A DNA stretch of 63,640 nt, counting the filler, from Licmophora abbreviata (Eukaryota): the NCBI GenBank assembly GCA_900291995.1. It is 10 parts of 10 records of this genome, joined end to end, with 100 filler letters (N's around TTAATTAATTAA, not from the genome) between each part and the next. Parts side by side here need not be neighbours in the genome. Positions count along the whole stretch, not along the records: positions 30,333 to 40,135 come from OLMU01005239.1; positions 40,236 to 50,531 come from OLMU01005240.1; 8 more parts are not named here. The stretch is one strand, 5' to 3'. Position 1 is the stretch's first letter; each line of letters opens with the position of its first letter. The translations under genes were made by a program, and so were the position numbers. Below the pieces are notes generated by a model. That model had not been told where the DNA came from. It saw only the letters and a program-made list of their open reading frames with translations, and searched no databases. Positions 34,648 through 48,340 of the stretch are shown here, one piece after another.

Positions 34648-37421
34648 CTATCCTGGGCATTCTCGTGTACAACAATCGCATTCCACAGAGCAGTCCAACA
34701 GAATGTGGCGGCGTGCGGCACAGAGCTGCGACGGGAGCGTGCCTCTCAAATTGCTGTTGTCATCGACTTGGAGCTCGTAGAGACGTATCAATGCGCCAAA
34801 CGAAGATGGAACTGTGCCTGTGAATCGATTGTCTGAGAGTAACAGGTGCCGGAGTGCCGTGAGCGTTCCTAGCTCTGTCGGGAGAGATTGCTCCAGATTG
34901 TTTTTAGATAGCAAGAGGCCTTCAAGTTTTGTCAAGAAAATCACACTTGTCGGTAGAGACGAAGAGAGATGGTTGTCACGGAGATCCAGCCACGCTGATA
35001 GACGGGACCGTGTGAAAGAGAAAGTGAGCGGATCATTGATACCAAGTGAGTAGGACACCAAAGAGGGTTGACGTACCGAGGTGAGCAAGACTTGAGAAAG
35101 AATCTGGTATCGCCCCCACGAGTGCGTTTCTTTGGAGTTGAAGATCGACTAGTGCTGTTGAGTGCCCGATCTCGGTCGGAATCAGTCCAGTCATCTGGTT
35201 GTTGTGAGCATCCAGACGGGCTGCGACTCGAAACAACAGAAAGACGCATGAGAGGCGCGTTCTAAGCTCGTCCAGACACGGCGATGCGCCACTTACCTAG
35301 GTGACTCAAACGTCCGAGATGGGATGGAATAGGACCCGAAAGCTGATTGTTCGCTAGATTCAGTGTTCCTGGTGAATCGAGGACGGACATGTGTGTGTTA
35401 GTTGGATGCCAGCTGTAGCCTCACAACTCTTGGTGTACGTGAATTCATTCGTACGTACCAAGGCTCGACAGGTTGCCGACGTACGACGGTATTTCACCAG
35501 AAAACCTATTCCCGTCCAGGCTTAACTCTCTCAGATATGACAGCTGCCCAAAGGATTCTGGTACATACCCAGTGAGCTGATTGTTAGAAAGCTCCAGCGT
35601 GCCTAAACGCGGAGCAGAACGGAACAGAGTCGCGGTGAGCTTTCCTATGGGGCATTCACTGATGTTTTACGCTCAATACTTACGGAGCCGTATGAGCTCG
35701 CGACCCCAGGACGATGGAACGGTGCCAGCCCAGCGTCCCGCAATGCTTTGTCCGCCCGATCCCACCATACGTAAGACCTCCAGATGTGTCAGCAGTGACA
35801 GCTCGTGTGGCAAGGTGCCACCCCAGGATGCTTCCGCAAAGGCCAAGTCAAGCCGAACCACATGTCTTTCAGAATCACAGACAACGCCCTCCCAGTAGCA
35901 CATCTGAGTCGCACTGCTGCCATCCAGCCATACGTCCTCCATGGTACCGTCCGTCTCCAGGGCTTTGCTGACAAACCACAAAGTCGCCAATGCAAAGGTT
36001 TGCAGTGACTGACCAGTGCTACCCGGCGCAACCAACATGGAACTTGTATAGTCCAAAGCGAGTGCCTGTGGAGACAGTGGATCGTCCAAATACTCTGCTG
36101 TCTCTGGAGAAAGCTCGATAACAAGGTGACGCAGTGATGATGGAAGAATCGGAGTCGGTACCGTCGAAGGCGGAGAAATCTTGGTAGTTGTCGGCGACAC
36201 CGTGACGGGAAGAGAGGGATTCGCCTGCGCGACCGATGATGGTACCAAGGTGGTTTGCAATGGACCGGTGGATGGCATATCATCGTCCCCACGCACGGTC
36301 GGAGCGCTCGTTGTCATCAACCCCGTGCTCACGGGCACACTGGTAGGTGCGAGACCACTGGACAAAGACGGAGCCCGGGTCGACCACAGGGAGCCGCTCC
36401 CGCCTGGAACAGCCGTACTTTCGGCATCACTATCATCCGTTTGGTCTGAATCCTGTAGTAAAAACGCAATTGCTGTTCCAGTCACTCCCGCCAAGACAAA
36501 AATAGTGAGGAAGACGGCAAGGCAAAGCATCCGTCGTCGCTGACACTTGCGACCTTCAGAAGAAGGTTGCGCGGCCTCAACCTGATTGGGCTCCACAGAC
36601 TTCTGCCAGAGTTCCTCGCTAGCACCTTCATTGTTCAAGTCGAAGGGTACTTCTCCGAAAGCAACTGTCGTCGTTAAAGAGATACTGCTCCTAGTAGCAT
36701 CTCCGTCGGCCAGAATGCGACTTGGATCGGTGTCATCCCGAGAAAACCAACTGTCACCATGACTACTCTCATGCGACACTGCTTCCGTTTCGTGTTTCAA
36801 TCCATTGTTTTCTCTCTCCTCGTTTTCTCCCTCCTCTTGCTCCTGTATCGTCAAGACCTCCGTCAGGACATTTTCAACAGCCCGCTTGGTCATGGACGTC
36901 AACGACAAGCTCGACTCGTCGGCAGGATCATTGTCCTTCGCGTCTTGCTGTAGGATAGAATCTAGCACGGTACTCATTCGATTCTCCTTGCTTGTCGTCG
37001 AGGAATTGTCTGACGACGATGACGATTCAAAGGGGTTGGTCGGGTTTCGTCGCCCCCGATTATCTCGAGTCGGAGTCGATGCCGCGTGAACAGCAGCAAT
37101 GGAAGGAGAAGCAACGTCGCGGGTGTGCAATCCATGAGTCTGACGACTCGTATTCGACTGCCGCTCTTCTCTAGTTTCTGTCTGAACGCCATCGGAGACA
37201 ACCGCCGCGGTACTCTTATTTCTCGCTGTCTGCTGCCGTGGAGGCCGCCTCCATATGTCTTGGGATTTGGATTTGGGCGGTGGCGCCGTCGACTCGGAGA
37301 GCTCGTCCTTGTACGAGGCATCCCACGTCAACGTCGACAGACTATCGGCATCGCCATCGTTGCTCGAAGAGGAATCACGATGATAAGGACGCGAAAGCGA
37401 AGACACGGGAGGCATCTTCAT
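34648..37421 (-). CDS. Type II membrane leucine-rich-repeat protein, multi-exon
   Basis: Disordered N-terminus, single TM, Pro/Thr stalk, SPQALA...CYWEGVVC cap, LxLxxNxLxGxIPxE repeats split by several GT-AG introns. Confidence 0.85.
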
Positions 37422-38230
37422 GGCTTTCAAAAGTCAAGCGAGAGCAAAGTAGCGTGGGCATCTGCAATCGGCCGAAACTTGTGTGGTGCCTGCCATCGAG
37501 TTGATTCGCATGCCTGTCTTGTGGAGGCACTCCGACGACACTGAGGATGACTCCTACCATGGCAGAGAAGGAGAAGCGCATGGAACACGACGGCGGTGGA
37601 GGTTCTCCGTTTTTACACAAAAGAGACGGCATCGGAGAGGGCCCCCATGGTGCTGTGCCGCAGTTTGAAGTTTCAAGTTCAAAGTTGTGAGAACGCGCGC
37701 GCGGGCGTATAACATATCCGTATGATATATGATATCATACCAGCTAGATTGATGCTTACTTATGGACACTGCATGGCTTCCGAAATGTCCCTCTGAGAAA
37801 ACACGTCGCGGGTACCGGGCGACTTAATTGACGTTTCGATACCGCAATCTACGTGTATCAAAGTCGACTGAACCGAAGGCCTGGGGTCTCGATCGTCGGA
37901 GGCAGAGGGTACCCTCGTTAGGTATATCTACCAAACACCAACCAACCAACGGTACAGCCCGGGATGTTTAGTTGCTGTCGGAACGATTCAAACCCCAGAG
38001 GCTGCCCGAAAATACTGTAGTAAAGGAGAAGCCCATGCTTGGGTGACCGACGGTGGAATGCCACGGACAGCACAGTCATGGCGAACGCGGCAAAGCATCT
38101 CACAGGCATGGGCGGGACGCGAGCGTACAAAACGCAGAACAAACGTTTCGAGGCTCCGTGCAATCGTGCACCCACAACATACCGGTACAACATATTCATA
38201 CACTATTTAGTTTCCTGTTCCGCCAACTAG

Positions 38231-41200
38231 CTACTGGCGGGGATCCATGCCACCCTGGATGTACTGGAGAATGTTCCCGAACCGATCTGCAGCAAACACA
38301 GCATCAAATCGGTAGCGGTGCAAGAACTCACGAGCCACATACTCCCATGTCTCTCGTTCCTGAACCTGCTTGGTGTCGATCGAATTAATTGGCAGGGAAA
38401 AAATTCGATACATGTTCTCAAGCTCGTCGCGAAAGCTCTCGCAAACAAACTCTCCCAAGTTTGGACTCAGATTGTATCGAACCACGTACTCGACCACAAA
38501 GAAGGAAAAGGTGGCGAGAATCGCCAAACAGACGGCGCTCAAAGCAATCCACGTTGGAATCTTGGGTCCTGTTCCGATGTCATCTCCGAAACCATTCTCC
38601 GCAACGGACCATGGCAACGCGATGGATGCCGCCAGAGCCGCAAACAAGCGAATCAAAGTGAGAGCGATCTGTGTCCCAGTGACGCTCCTAACTTTCTTAA
38701 TGTTGTCGCGGTCATCTGTAGACTGCCCGTCCCGAGCCTTTCTGCCCAGTATGATGTACAGATTGAATAGAATTCTTAGCTTGCGAACCAAGTGAAAGGT
38801 CGCAAGAAGGGCTCCGAATGCTGAAGCCAACGTGGCCCAAAAAGCGACATTCTCCAGAGTATCGATGTCGAAGATGCGGGCAACCGTAAATAGAATGCTT
38901 GCAATGAATACAAGCACACCCGTCATGACAATCAAACTAGCAATATCACTCTCTCGGGTGGCCCAGTAAAGGGCCTCTAGATCACGGATTTCTCGGCGAA
39001 GGATCTGCGACTTGTGTACACCCGAGAGATGTTGACACTGACGGACAATACCGAGAGTGATCGTCGAAATGGGAGCAGTGACAAAGCTACACCGACGCCA
39101 GCGCAGCAAATCGTGCCGTAGAAATATTTGATAGCAGCCATCGCGTCCCACTGGGAGAATTTGCGTTGCTTTACGAAACCGTAGCGGGTAGGACCGCGCT
39201 GCAGCGTGTCCTCAAGAGAAGATCGGAAAGTGACCAAACGATAGAAGAGGCGTCGAGCTTCTTTCACTCCAACTTGATAATCAACTTCCTCGTTCAACAA
39301 CCTACACATTTCATGGAGAATCTTGTAGATGCTGACCAAATATTCCTGTAAATACGAGTTGACGTGGTAGGTCTTCACAATGAACTTGGTTGTCAATAGT
39401 CGCTGGAAAACCCGGATCGCTGCTGGATCGTTGATATTCTCCTTGAGTTTGGCGTACGCGTCCTTAAACTCAGTTGGCTCGGGCTCGTCATAGTATGCGG
39501 CGTTCTTCAAGAAGATGTCCACCGCTCTTTCAAGGTCGATGACGAAGGGGTTCATCTCAATTGGAAGCGCATCCTGAGACTCGCGGTCCATCAAAGCAAA
39601 TACTCCCTTCATCACTTGAAGCAGTTCCTCATCGGTGAATTTGACACGTGCTTCTTCATTGCGGATCTTGTATCGGGCCGAGTTCGTGATGGTTCCGAAC
39701 GAAATTAGAATATTGAATGCAGCGAGCAATGCACTCGCGATGCCCGCAGCCCTATCACCAACAAGGCGGAACGCAAGTGCACCAGCCGCAAAAGCAGCCG
39801 ACATGGTGAGCGCATTGGCAAAGTTTTGAGCTTCCACCGCGAAATCGTCGACGATCGAATCTACCGGCTTCGGCTGGTTGAACAGCTCGGAGGAGACGCG
39901 CTCGTTGTACAAATACGACTTCTTAGCAAAATCGATGACATCGTTGCAAATCTGCTCGAGGCGAATTGCCATTGATACCGCTCCATTTTCCATATTCTCC
40001 AGGTCCAGATTGTTTCTAGTCGCCACAGGGAGACCAGCCACATACTCATGCCAGTATGACTCGTAATCGAGAGCCTGCCGCTGCTCTGACATTGTTTGCA
40101 AACGGGTTTTGAAAATCATCTTCAGTGACTCGCTGNNNNNNNNNNNNNNNNNNNNNNNNNNNNNNNNNNNNNNNNNNNNTTAATTAATTAANNNNNNNNN
40201 NNNNNNNNNNNNNNNNNNNNNNNNNNNNNNNNNNNCTATTCTTGTTGCCCGCCTCCTTAACGAACTTGTCGAAGATCACAACTTGGAGCTGCTGATACAA
40301 TGCATCGACAAAACTCTCGTTCATCTCCATGCCACGAGGTATCATCGAAGCTGCGATCTTGACCTTCCAGTCGCGAGACAGAATGTGGTCTAGATCCTGC
40401 TTGCTCTCTCGATGCTCAATCAACTTTGAGTGCAAATAGTCTATTCCATGAGCGTAGGGGAAACCAGGCCGCAAGAATCCGTCCACGCCGTAGTTGGCAC
40501 CCGTGCCGCGTTGAACCACTTCGCCGTTAGACCAGTTCGTCTCAACTGAGTACAAACGGAAGCGGTCGATAAACGGAACGCCCTCGGATGCCTGCTTTAC
40601 AAAATTATTGAACAGCATTGAGTTCACGCAAGCTCCTGTCAGTCCACTATACCTCATAAAGTGGGGAGTCGCCTGTTCGTCACCGATCAAAGCAAATACG
40701 TAGCCCTTCTCTGAGTCGTTTAGACGCATTGTGCGAAAGTTGACATAGTGCCCAACAGGAAACGTCGCAAGAGACACTTTGGATTCCGTGTTTCCGTCGG
40801 GGCTACGGGTCAGGCTCCCCTCACGTCGAACCATCGTCGACTTGCTCATTGTCGAGATGTAGCCTTCGAAATTACGCACGATAATATTGGACCCGCTCTT
40901 GATCACAATCTCGTACTTGTCGTTCGGATGGTCGCTCAGTCGAAAACTCTCGCCAACCAAATGGCTTCCCAGTGTGGTGTCGGTATAGGAGTTGATCAAG
41001 TGTAACCGAGGTACACGGTGACGAGCGCCAGGGTTGTAGACGTCACCCGTCCGGATGACTTCCAACACTCCCTCGAACCAGAGTCGATCGATATGGTGCA
41101 GCAAGTCTCTCTCGAATCGGGCAATCCCCTTCTTCTTATCTCCAGTCCGTGCGTTCATCATCAACGGCTCCGTAAGATTCGTGGAAAGCTCATTCTTCCA

Positions 41201-44200
41201 CTTGTCATATTCGCGAGTAAGCTCCATTCCTGCAGGTTGGAGCAAGGCATGAGACTACCCGCAGTCCCAATGAGCTATAGAGGCACGCACATTCTTTTCT
41301 TACCAAGATAGTAGTTGTCACCTGTTTCGAAGAAGCGCGTCTGTAACGTTTGACGCTTGAAAGATGGAGCTGCTTTCTCGAATTCAACACATGCGGCCAC
41401 AATCTTGGGAACTATAGGGTCGATCTCGTTTAACTCCGGGAAGTCCGACTTCTCCACAAGCGTGAGAAAGTGCGTCTGCCAATTCATGTCCTTCGAATCT
41501 GTCATGTACTCCAACATTTTCTTCGCGACTGGGGCCGACCGAACCATCTTAGTGAAATCACCGACAATACGAGTATTCTGGTCATTCTGACTGCGGATAT
41601 CGTCCAGCAGGCCCGATCCCCATCGCTTTTCGCCAAAGTTGTGCATTCCCATCGAGATATTGAGACCTTGGATACAGCAAACCCCGTAAGGCTCGTAAGT
41701 CGTAGCACTGAAATGGACCTTCGACCCGTGTGGCTTCCTGAGGAGTCGAACCCCAAAATGCAAATGCAGCAGATAAGACAATGGTCGAGGGTATTGAAAG
41801 TCAACACAGAAACAAGGCACTCACCCAATTGCTTCCACTACGTGCGTGTGTCCTACATCCATGGTGAATTTCGTTTTGCCGATGATAGATAAAGACAATC
41901 TTTCACGGAGATGGCCACCAGCATGTCCTTTCTTTACGCTTTCAATGACGATACTGTCAACACCAGCATGCGTTTTGGTGCCTTTCGGGTAGACGGACGG
42001 CAATTTACTTGATGTTGACTTCACATCTCCCATTCCATCTTTCAGAGCGGTAAAGGAGTAAGTTTCATGCTGCAAGTCTACCCCGGAAAGTCTGTAGGGC
42101 AGCACTGCGTTCTCGTGACGGACGTAGATGCCGTACTCCTCCCCAAGGACAAGATCGGCGCTTCGGATAGGCTGGACATAGGTGAGCTGCACAACCTTCC
42201 AGGAGTGTGTATCATTTGAAACATGGCCATTCTCGTCGATTCGACGAAGGATAAGGTCTTCGACCTTCAAGTTTACTCCCAATTTGGTCAGGGCGTTCGT
42301 CTCAGCATCGTACTGAGCCTTTGCATCGGCGTGAACTTGAAGTAATCCTTTGGACCAAAGTTTCGAGACTTCGACGTGGAGCATGTTTTCCAAATCCTTG
42401 ATGGTGATCTCTACGAATCCTTGTGTTGGTCTGGAATGACGGCAGAGCGAGAGTATTTGAAAATGAGCGGGGATAGAATCGACAAACGTAGATCGCGGTG
42501 TACACGGATGAATCTCACAGCGAGTTTCCAAGCTGAGAATCAGTTTCCCCAGAAGCCGGAATGTATATGTCCTCAAATCCAGTCCCTAGATGATAGCGCA
42601 TCATCGCAATCCAACGTGCATCTAACCGCACGATCTGGGCTCTCTCAAAAGTGGCGCCGCCTTTGGCGAAAGCGTCACGAGCCTCGTACAGTTTCATCAC
42701 TCCGCCACTGACCAAAACGCTCTCCACGCAGTGTAGCGTAGTCATCAAACCGGTGGGGCCGCCACCAATTACAATCATGGACTGCGGTGGAACTTTTGTA
42801 ATCTTTGTCCGCGCAAGCTCACTCCACTCCGGATCCGTCTTGTTGTACTTTTTGGGGCATACGAAGGGGTCATATTGTTTCTTTTTGCCGTCATAAAGAT
42901 AATAGAGCTCACCGGGCTGCAGCTCATGGATCGAAAGTTGAGTCTGATTTGAACGCTGTACTTCCGCGAGGACATTCGACCTTGCATTATCGAGCTCCTC
43001 GCATGCAAACTGCGCGATGATCGCAAGTCTCCTCAATGCAGTCCGTAAGTAAGGGAACTCCATGAATGCGTTGTAGCTGAACCTCTTGCCGTGATCCAAT
43101 TCAATATTCATGAAAGCACGCTGAGCTCGCGAAATCGCCTCAGCCACCGGCACGTACGTTCTCAGTCTGACGCTGCTGTCGGACGACAGCGACACGTAGT
43201 GTTCGAATTTGGTGTCGGCATGGAGGAAGCGGTGTTTGTCATGGCCTGTAACCTTTCCCTCGTAGATATGAACTGCCCCTTTGTCACCCTCTTCCAACCA
43301 GTACCACCCATCAAGCTCAAGGCACTTGGGGTCCACATAGTCGCCCTTCGAGAGCTCGCGAACCGTTTCATTCATGCACTCGCGGCGCAACTCCCGCTGC
43401 AAGAGTGTCTTCGCACGACTTAAAAGTAGTTGGGCGGGTCTGGCTCTACTATTGCCGCTCTTGACAAGCTCGATGAGTGTTCGCTTGTCTCGTGGGGTAA
43501 TGAGAGTCAAGGCAGAGTCAATGCACTTCGTGGAAACTTTTCCGGTGTCTTCACCCCGAATGCGCCTCAGAATGGCATTTTTTAAGTGTGAGTCCCTCGG
43601 GACCTTCCAACCGACACGCGTGATCAAGTCATGTCCAAGTCGAATACCAATTTCAACAGACGAGACAAGCTTGTACACGTCCTGCACTTCTTCTTCAATC
43701 AAATAAGCAGCGTCCCTAATGGCGTCTAGCCAATCACTTAACGGAACGATCATGGTATCTACGCCTCCACAAACGCCGACCACGATACTGTCCTGCAGCT
43801 CACGCACGAGATATCTGACTTCCTCGGTCGAGTAGCCAGGTTTCAAATCCTGTAGTCTCCTAATCATTGGACCGAGTACGGCCGAGTCCCACCGGTTTCG
43901 TCCGCGCAATGACGATAACGTCAACAACACCACCGGCATGTGAAAACGCAGGGTTTCAAACGGATCCAGCTGCTCCATCCGCTGGTGGGCAAAGTTTCCG
44001 GAAAGCTGAGAAAGCATATTGTGCCAATGCTTGGCGAGCTGGCGCAATACATGCACCACGCCGTTGTTCAGCATCGTTGGCATCGGCTGGGTTACAAACG
44101 TTCGTACAATACTCTCGTCCGTAGGAAGGCGATGGGAAAATCGAAACTCGTTCGTCTTGAGCCGTCCGAAGTACGTGCCATACTGATTGCGATTGGCCAG

Positions 44201-45652
44201 CTCGAATCCGTTCGACTCCGCCGCGAGGTTCTGGGCCACGTTGCTTGGATCATTCGTAACGATGCCTTCACGCCCCTGGGTCACGACACGGGTCAGCCAG
44301 TTTCCCTCGCCCAACACGATGCGAAAGATACTGGCCAAGGCGTGATCTCTCGTAGACGGGAAGTTCTCCGTGGCCGGAAAGCTTGTGATTCCCACAATGG
44401 GCAACTGCCCCCATGCGTCAAAGATGCGGTTCCAGGTCACCATGGTACTCCAGTGCCACAGAAAGTCGTAGCGAGGTCCGATTTGTTGCACGAGGATGCG
44501 GCTGACGTTCCGGTTCTGGAAGGCGACCGTCAGGATGTACTTGATATCGCGCTCCCGGCCATGATCCAGAGCCTCAATCAGCTGGCCGAGCAGGTAAGCC
44601 TCGTATCCAGTCAGAAAGGGCAAGAACAGTTGAAGCGCACGCGTCAAACGAAAAGCGTTGACTCTGTCATACGACCAGACGAGGAGACGACGGAGCGCCC
44701 CACGCCAAGCCCCGCCAAGGACTCCGACTTCACTACCAGCGTTGAAATCTCGTACGTCTCCTTTTTGAATACGGTCCTGGAGAGAGTCCTTGCACTCTTC
44801 AAAGAAGACGTCGTCTGACTGGGCAATAGGTGCAGTCCACGCTTTGGCAGACACAATGAGAGCGCCTTCCTGGTCGAGCTCCTGGTAGCGATGCTTGGGG
44901 AGGAATCCTTCTTCCGTAACGACAATTGATTCCCCGTTTTCAATATCCAACAGACGCTTGGGGGCAAACGAAGTGGCACTCTTGAGCTGATTTAGAGTGA
45001 CATGGTCGCCCTGTGCAGCGGAGGCAGGCAGGACGCTGAGACGGACCGTTCTTGCGCCTTGAATTGTACTTGGAGTTGTGCCCGGAGCGCGAAGGATACT
45101 ATGGGGGCGCTTCGACAACCTGGAGCGCGTAGGGGGAGGCGGCCCGCGTGGCACACGCCTAGAAGCCGCTATGATTCCTCTTCCAGCCTGCGTCACTGGA
45201 AAAGGGCTGTCGGGTGTCCGAGTTGGTGGTGCCCTGCTGGTAGCTGAGCCCATACTATCGTTACTTCGTAGCGGAGCCCTACTCACGCCTGAAGGTCCAA
45301 TGGTGTCATGAGTTTTTCGCACTGGACGACCTATGAGGGGGCCGGTACTGCCAAGACTGGGTTTGCGAGGAGGCTGCGGAGGAGCGTCCGGCGAAAAATC
45401 GTGAGAGTCGTGCCACGGACGTGACGCACGAGGAGCTGCTCGTTCGGTATTGTGATGTCGTCCGGGAGGCGCTCGTGACTGTGCGAAGTGTTGTTCGTTT
45501 TGTCGCATTCTTCTCCGATTATCTATCGCTTGATCTGATTGTGTGGATGAGGTAGAAGCATCATCTTCGTTGTTTCCCTCCTGGATGGCTTCCGAGAGGA
45601 CGGTGGGGTGTACCCCCTCGCCGCTTCCCCAAGACTCTTCCGTGTTTTGCAT
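38231..45652 (-). CDS. Very large (~2,300 aa) flavoprotein-monooxygenase-like protein with about six C-terminal TM helices; introns 42518-42431, 41824-41738 and 41303-41230; spans gap 40136-40235; frameshift near 39097
   Basis: Three in-frame GT-AG splices join the consecutive ORFs; IVIGGGPTGL; FALIGDEQATPHF...SG; hydrophobic C-terminus. Continuity across the gap is inferred. Confidence 0.72.
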
Positions 45653-46288
45653 GGCACCTTGATGAAAGTGTTGTAGGGCAAGACTGGATAACGAGAATCT
45701 CTATGATGTCTGCACTATCAGAGAACGGGAAGGGGGACGGAAGATATCATACAATAATTAGAATTCAGAAATCAGAACAGATCTTATGCCAGGAAGAAGT
45801 ACACACCAAAGCAAGGCAATCCTAACATACAATGTAGTGTTGTGATCTTATCTTTGTTGATTCGTTATCGAAGTTGACTCGGAAAGGATACGCTCAAGAA
45901 TATTACGATTGCAAGAATTGTGTTGACATGGTAACAGCGGCGGTGATGTGAGCGGTCGGTCGTGGCACTTCAAGACTGGCACGCATCACGCAAGACCCCG
46001 TTGAACGCGGATGCCGACGTGCTCGCTCTCTGTCACACTTTCAATAACACATACTTTTATATAATGTTAATGTATCAATACCTGTATTCATCTTGATTTT
46101 CAAGAAGAACGCGCTCTTTTCGTTAGGTGCCCACGACCTAAGAAAGTTCTTCGTGCAATACGAGCTATTCATACTCCCTCAGTAGACAAGCGGAAACAAA
46201 TTCTTCTGTCCACATCATAAAGTTGATTCTATAACCAACTCACAATCCTATAATATCGTAGTAACTTGTAAGAGAAGCTGCGTTCCTG

Positions 46289-48161
46289 TTATTTGCCCAT
46301 GGCTCTCCGCTTTGCCAACCATGCAGAGTGACTATGTTCGTATTTTCCGCCAATGTCTGTGGGAATGACATCCTCCATAATCCCATAGTCTCGAAGTCTC
46401 TCAACCAATTGGGAGCTAGGTACATCATGCACAACCAGGCGAGAGCGCAAGTACCTATCGACGATCGCAAGCCAGATTGGCATAAGGACGCGCTGTACCA
46501 GAAACGGAAGATTGAACCCGTGCGCTGCGCAAAGCCTCATGGGAATTACATTGAGGACCATTCGCGTCGTGCCGCTATCAAGTTCGAGATCGAAATCCCA
46601 AAGGCTTGCCCCATTGTTGTCGTGCAGATTAACGATGCCGCGGCCTGCGTTGGGATGTTCTGATGCAGCCTCATACATGTACCAGTGCGCGCGTAGCTAG
46701 GAGCGAGGAGGTTTCAAACGATCGGTGAGACGACAATTCCTGTGTATCGGTAGTCCGAGTGCGCAATCCAGAAAAACTAACGTACCGCGCTACGTGAGGT
46801 GTACCCGGCCTTGGTGTGGTTGGCCATTGAATACCACATAAGCTGTCGCCCGGACGCATCCAAGCCAGGAAGGAGCTGCGCCGTGCCGGCTTCCAGTGCC
46901 GCATGGTCGTCACGAAACGCCCCTTCCAATGTCATGGGTAAACAAAACTTGTCGGCCTCAAAAAGCTTTCGGCGCTCTTCCCAGTACAGGACAAAGCGCA
47001 GAGCAGCTTTCTGTCGCAACAAGATGACAGGAAAACGCCGTGTAAGATTATCGCCTTCTACACCATGCATTCAATCTCACAGAGACATACTCTAGTGTCC
47101 ATGCTTTCGCATCGAAGGAATAGTTCAAGGCGATCATTGTGAAACTCGTGAGGCAAGGCTTTGGACATAGCTTCCAGGAGAGCCGACTTCTGGTTCACCG
47201 GCATGGCATCGACCTGCTGCCTCATCTCAACCAAGAGCGATTCGATGCTGCCCGGGTCAGACCGCTTCGCTCGTTTGTGAGCGTGGCGCGGTTGGCGCAT
47301 ATCGCCAAAGACGTCAGCAAGCGCAGCTTGTTTCTCATCTTCCGTCAGTTGAGCTCTCTCCCGTCGTTCATCTTCTGCCGTGAAGGTCTCCGCCTCACCA
47401 CCGGTGAGCAAAGTAAGCAACTGCTTCGCCGCATCCTCTTCTTCGTTGGGTGTCTCCAATGTCGCCGCTCCATCGAGCGCAGAGCCGTGGACCGTGGTAG
47501 TCTGCAAGGAGGACAGGAGAATGGACGCACCTTCGGTGCCGTTGCTCCTCGGGCGTTTCTGTTGGCCTTCAGTGGTACGAACTGTGTTCGGAGCTGGCGC
47601 GAGGACAGCAGGCGCCCACCTATTTGCGACGTTAAACAATCCTCGAAATAGACCGGTTTGCCCAAGCGAATGCATGAATCCTGTTTGGTTTCGCGGCAGG
47701 TTTGCGTGTGCCAGCACGGCCTGTCCGGGAGGGGGCATCTGCTGAAATGGAGGAGCTCCACGGAGTCCTGACAGAACGGCAGGATGCGGCATGACCGCAG
47801 AGCCAGTCGACAACGACTGGAAATCTGACCTGCGAGCACAGTCTCGCAATGCCTGCTTCGTCTTTCTCAGGACGACTTCATTTGGGATCTCAATCCAGCG
47901 TTCCGACTTGGAAGACTTGTCCGGTTTGATGAATCTTCCTGTCGGTACCAGAGCACGCACAGACGCAACGATCTTGGCAGAAATCAAATTTTTCTGATCC
48001 CATGAAGTCGTCGCGTGATAATCATCGGCGTGTCTTCGAATCAGTTCGTGAAAATGCTTGGTTCCGCTGTACTCTCTTGCGGCGAAGCCTCGAGCGAGTA
48101 TCACGTCGTTCTCGTTTCGTTCTTTGAAGAGACGGGGCTCTTTCTTCTTTCCGTTGACCAT
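46289..48161 (-). CDS. DUF6824-like + CRAL-TRIO-like protein, paralog of 21554-23514 (introns 47090-47011 and 46785-46697)
   Basis: NDVILARG...GRFI...KTKQALRD; LELFLRCESMD/KAALRFVLYW; HGFNLP...IPTDIGG. Confidence 0.82.
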
Positions 48162-48296
48162 TTCGGATGTCTCTCAGACAAAAAGTCCAGTCCAACGAAA
48201 GGGGAGAGTACTGAAATCCACCGGCGCCAGAACAGTCACAAACATGCAAGACGCGTCTAGTCTAGGAGTTGACGACGTGGTCAATCATACAGACGA

Positions 48297-48297
<1 letters not shown>

Positions 48298-48340
<43 letters not shown>
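48298..48340. repeat. (TG)n microsatellite, about 19 perfect units
   Basis: Read directly from the sequence. Confidence 0.97.

Noticed and set aside
43940..44818. 292-aa plus-strand ORF
   Set aside because: Lies wholly antisense to the 1045-aa exon and has no recognisable motifs
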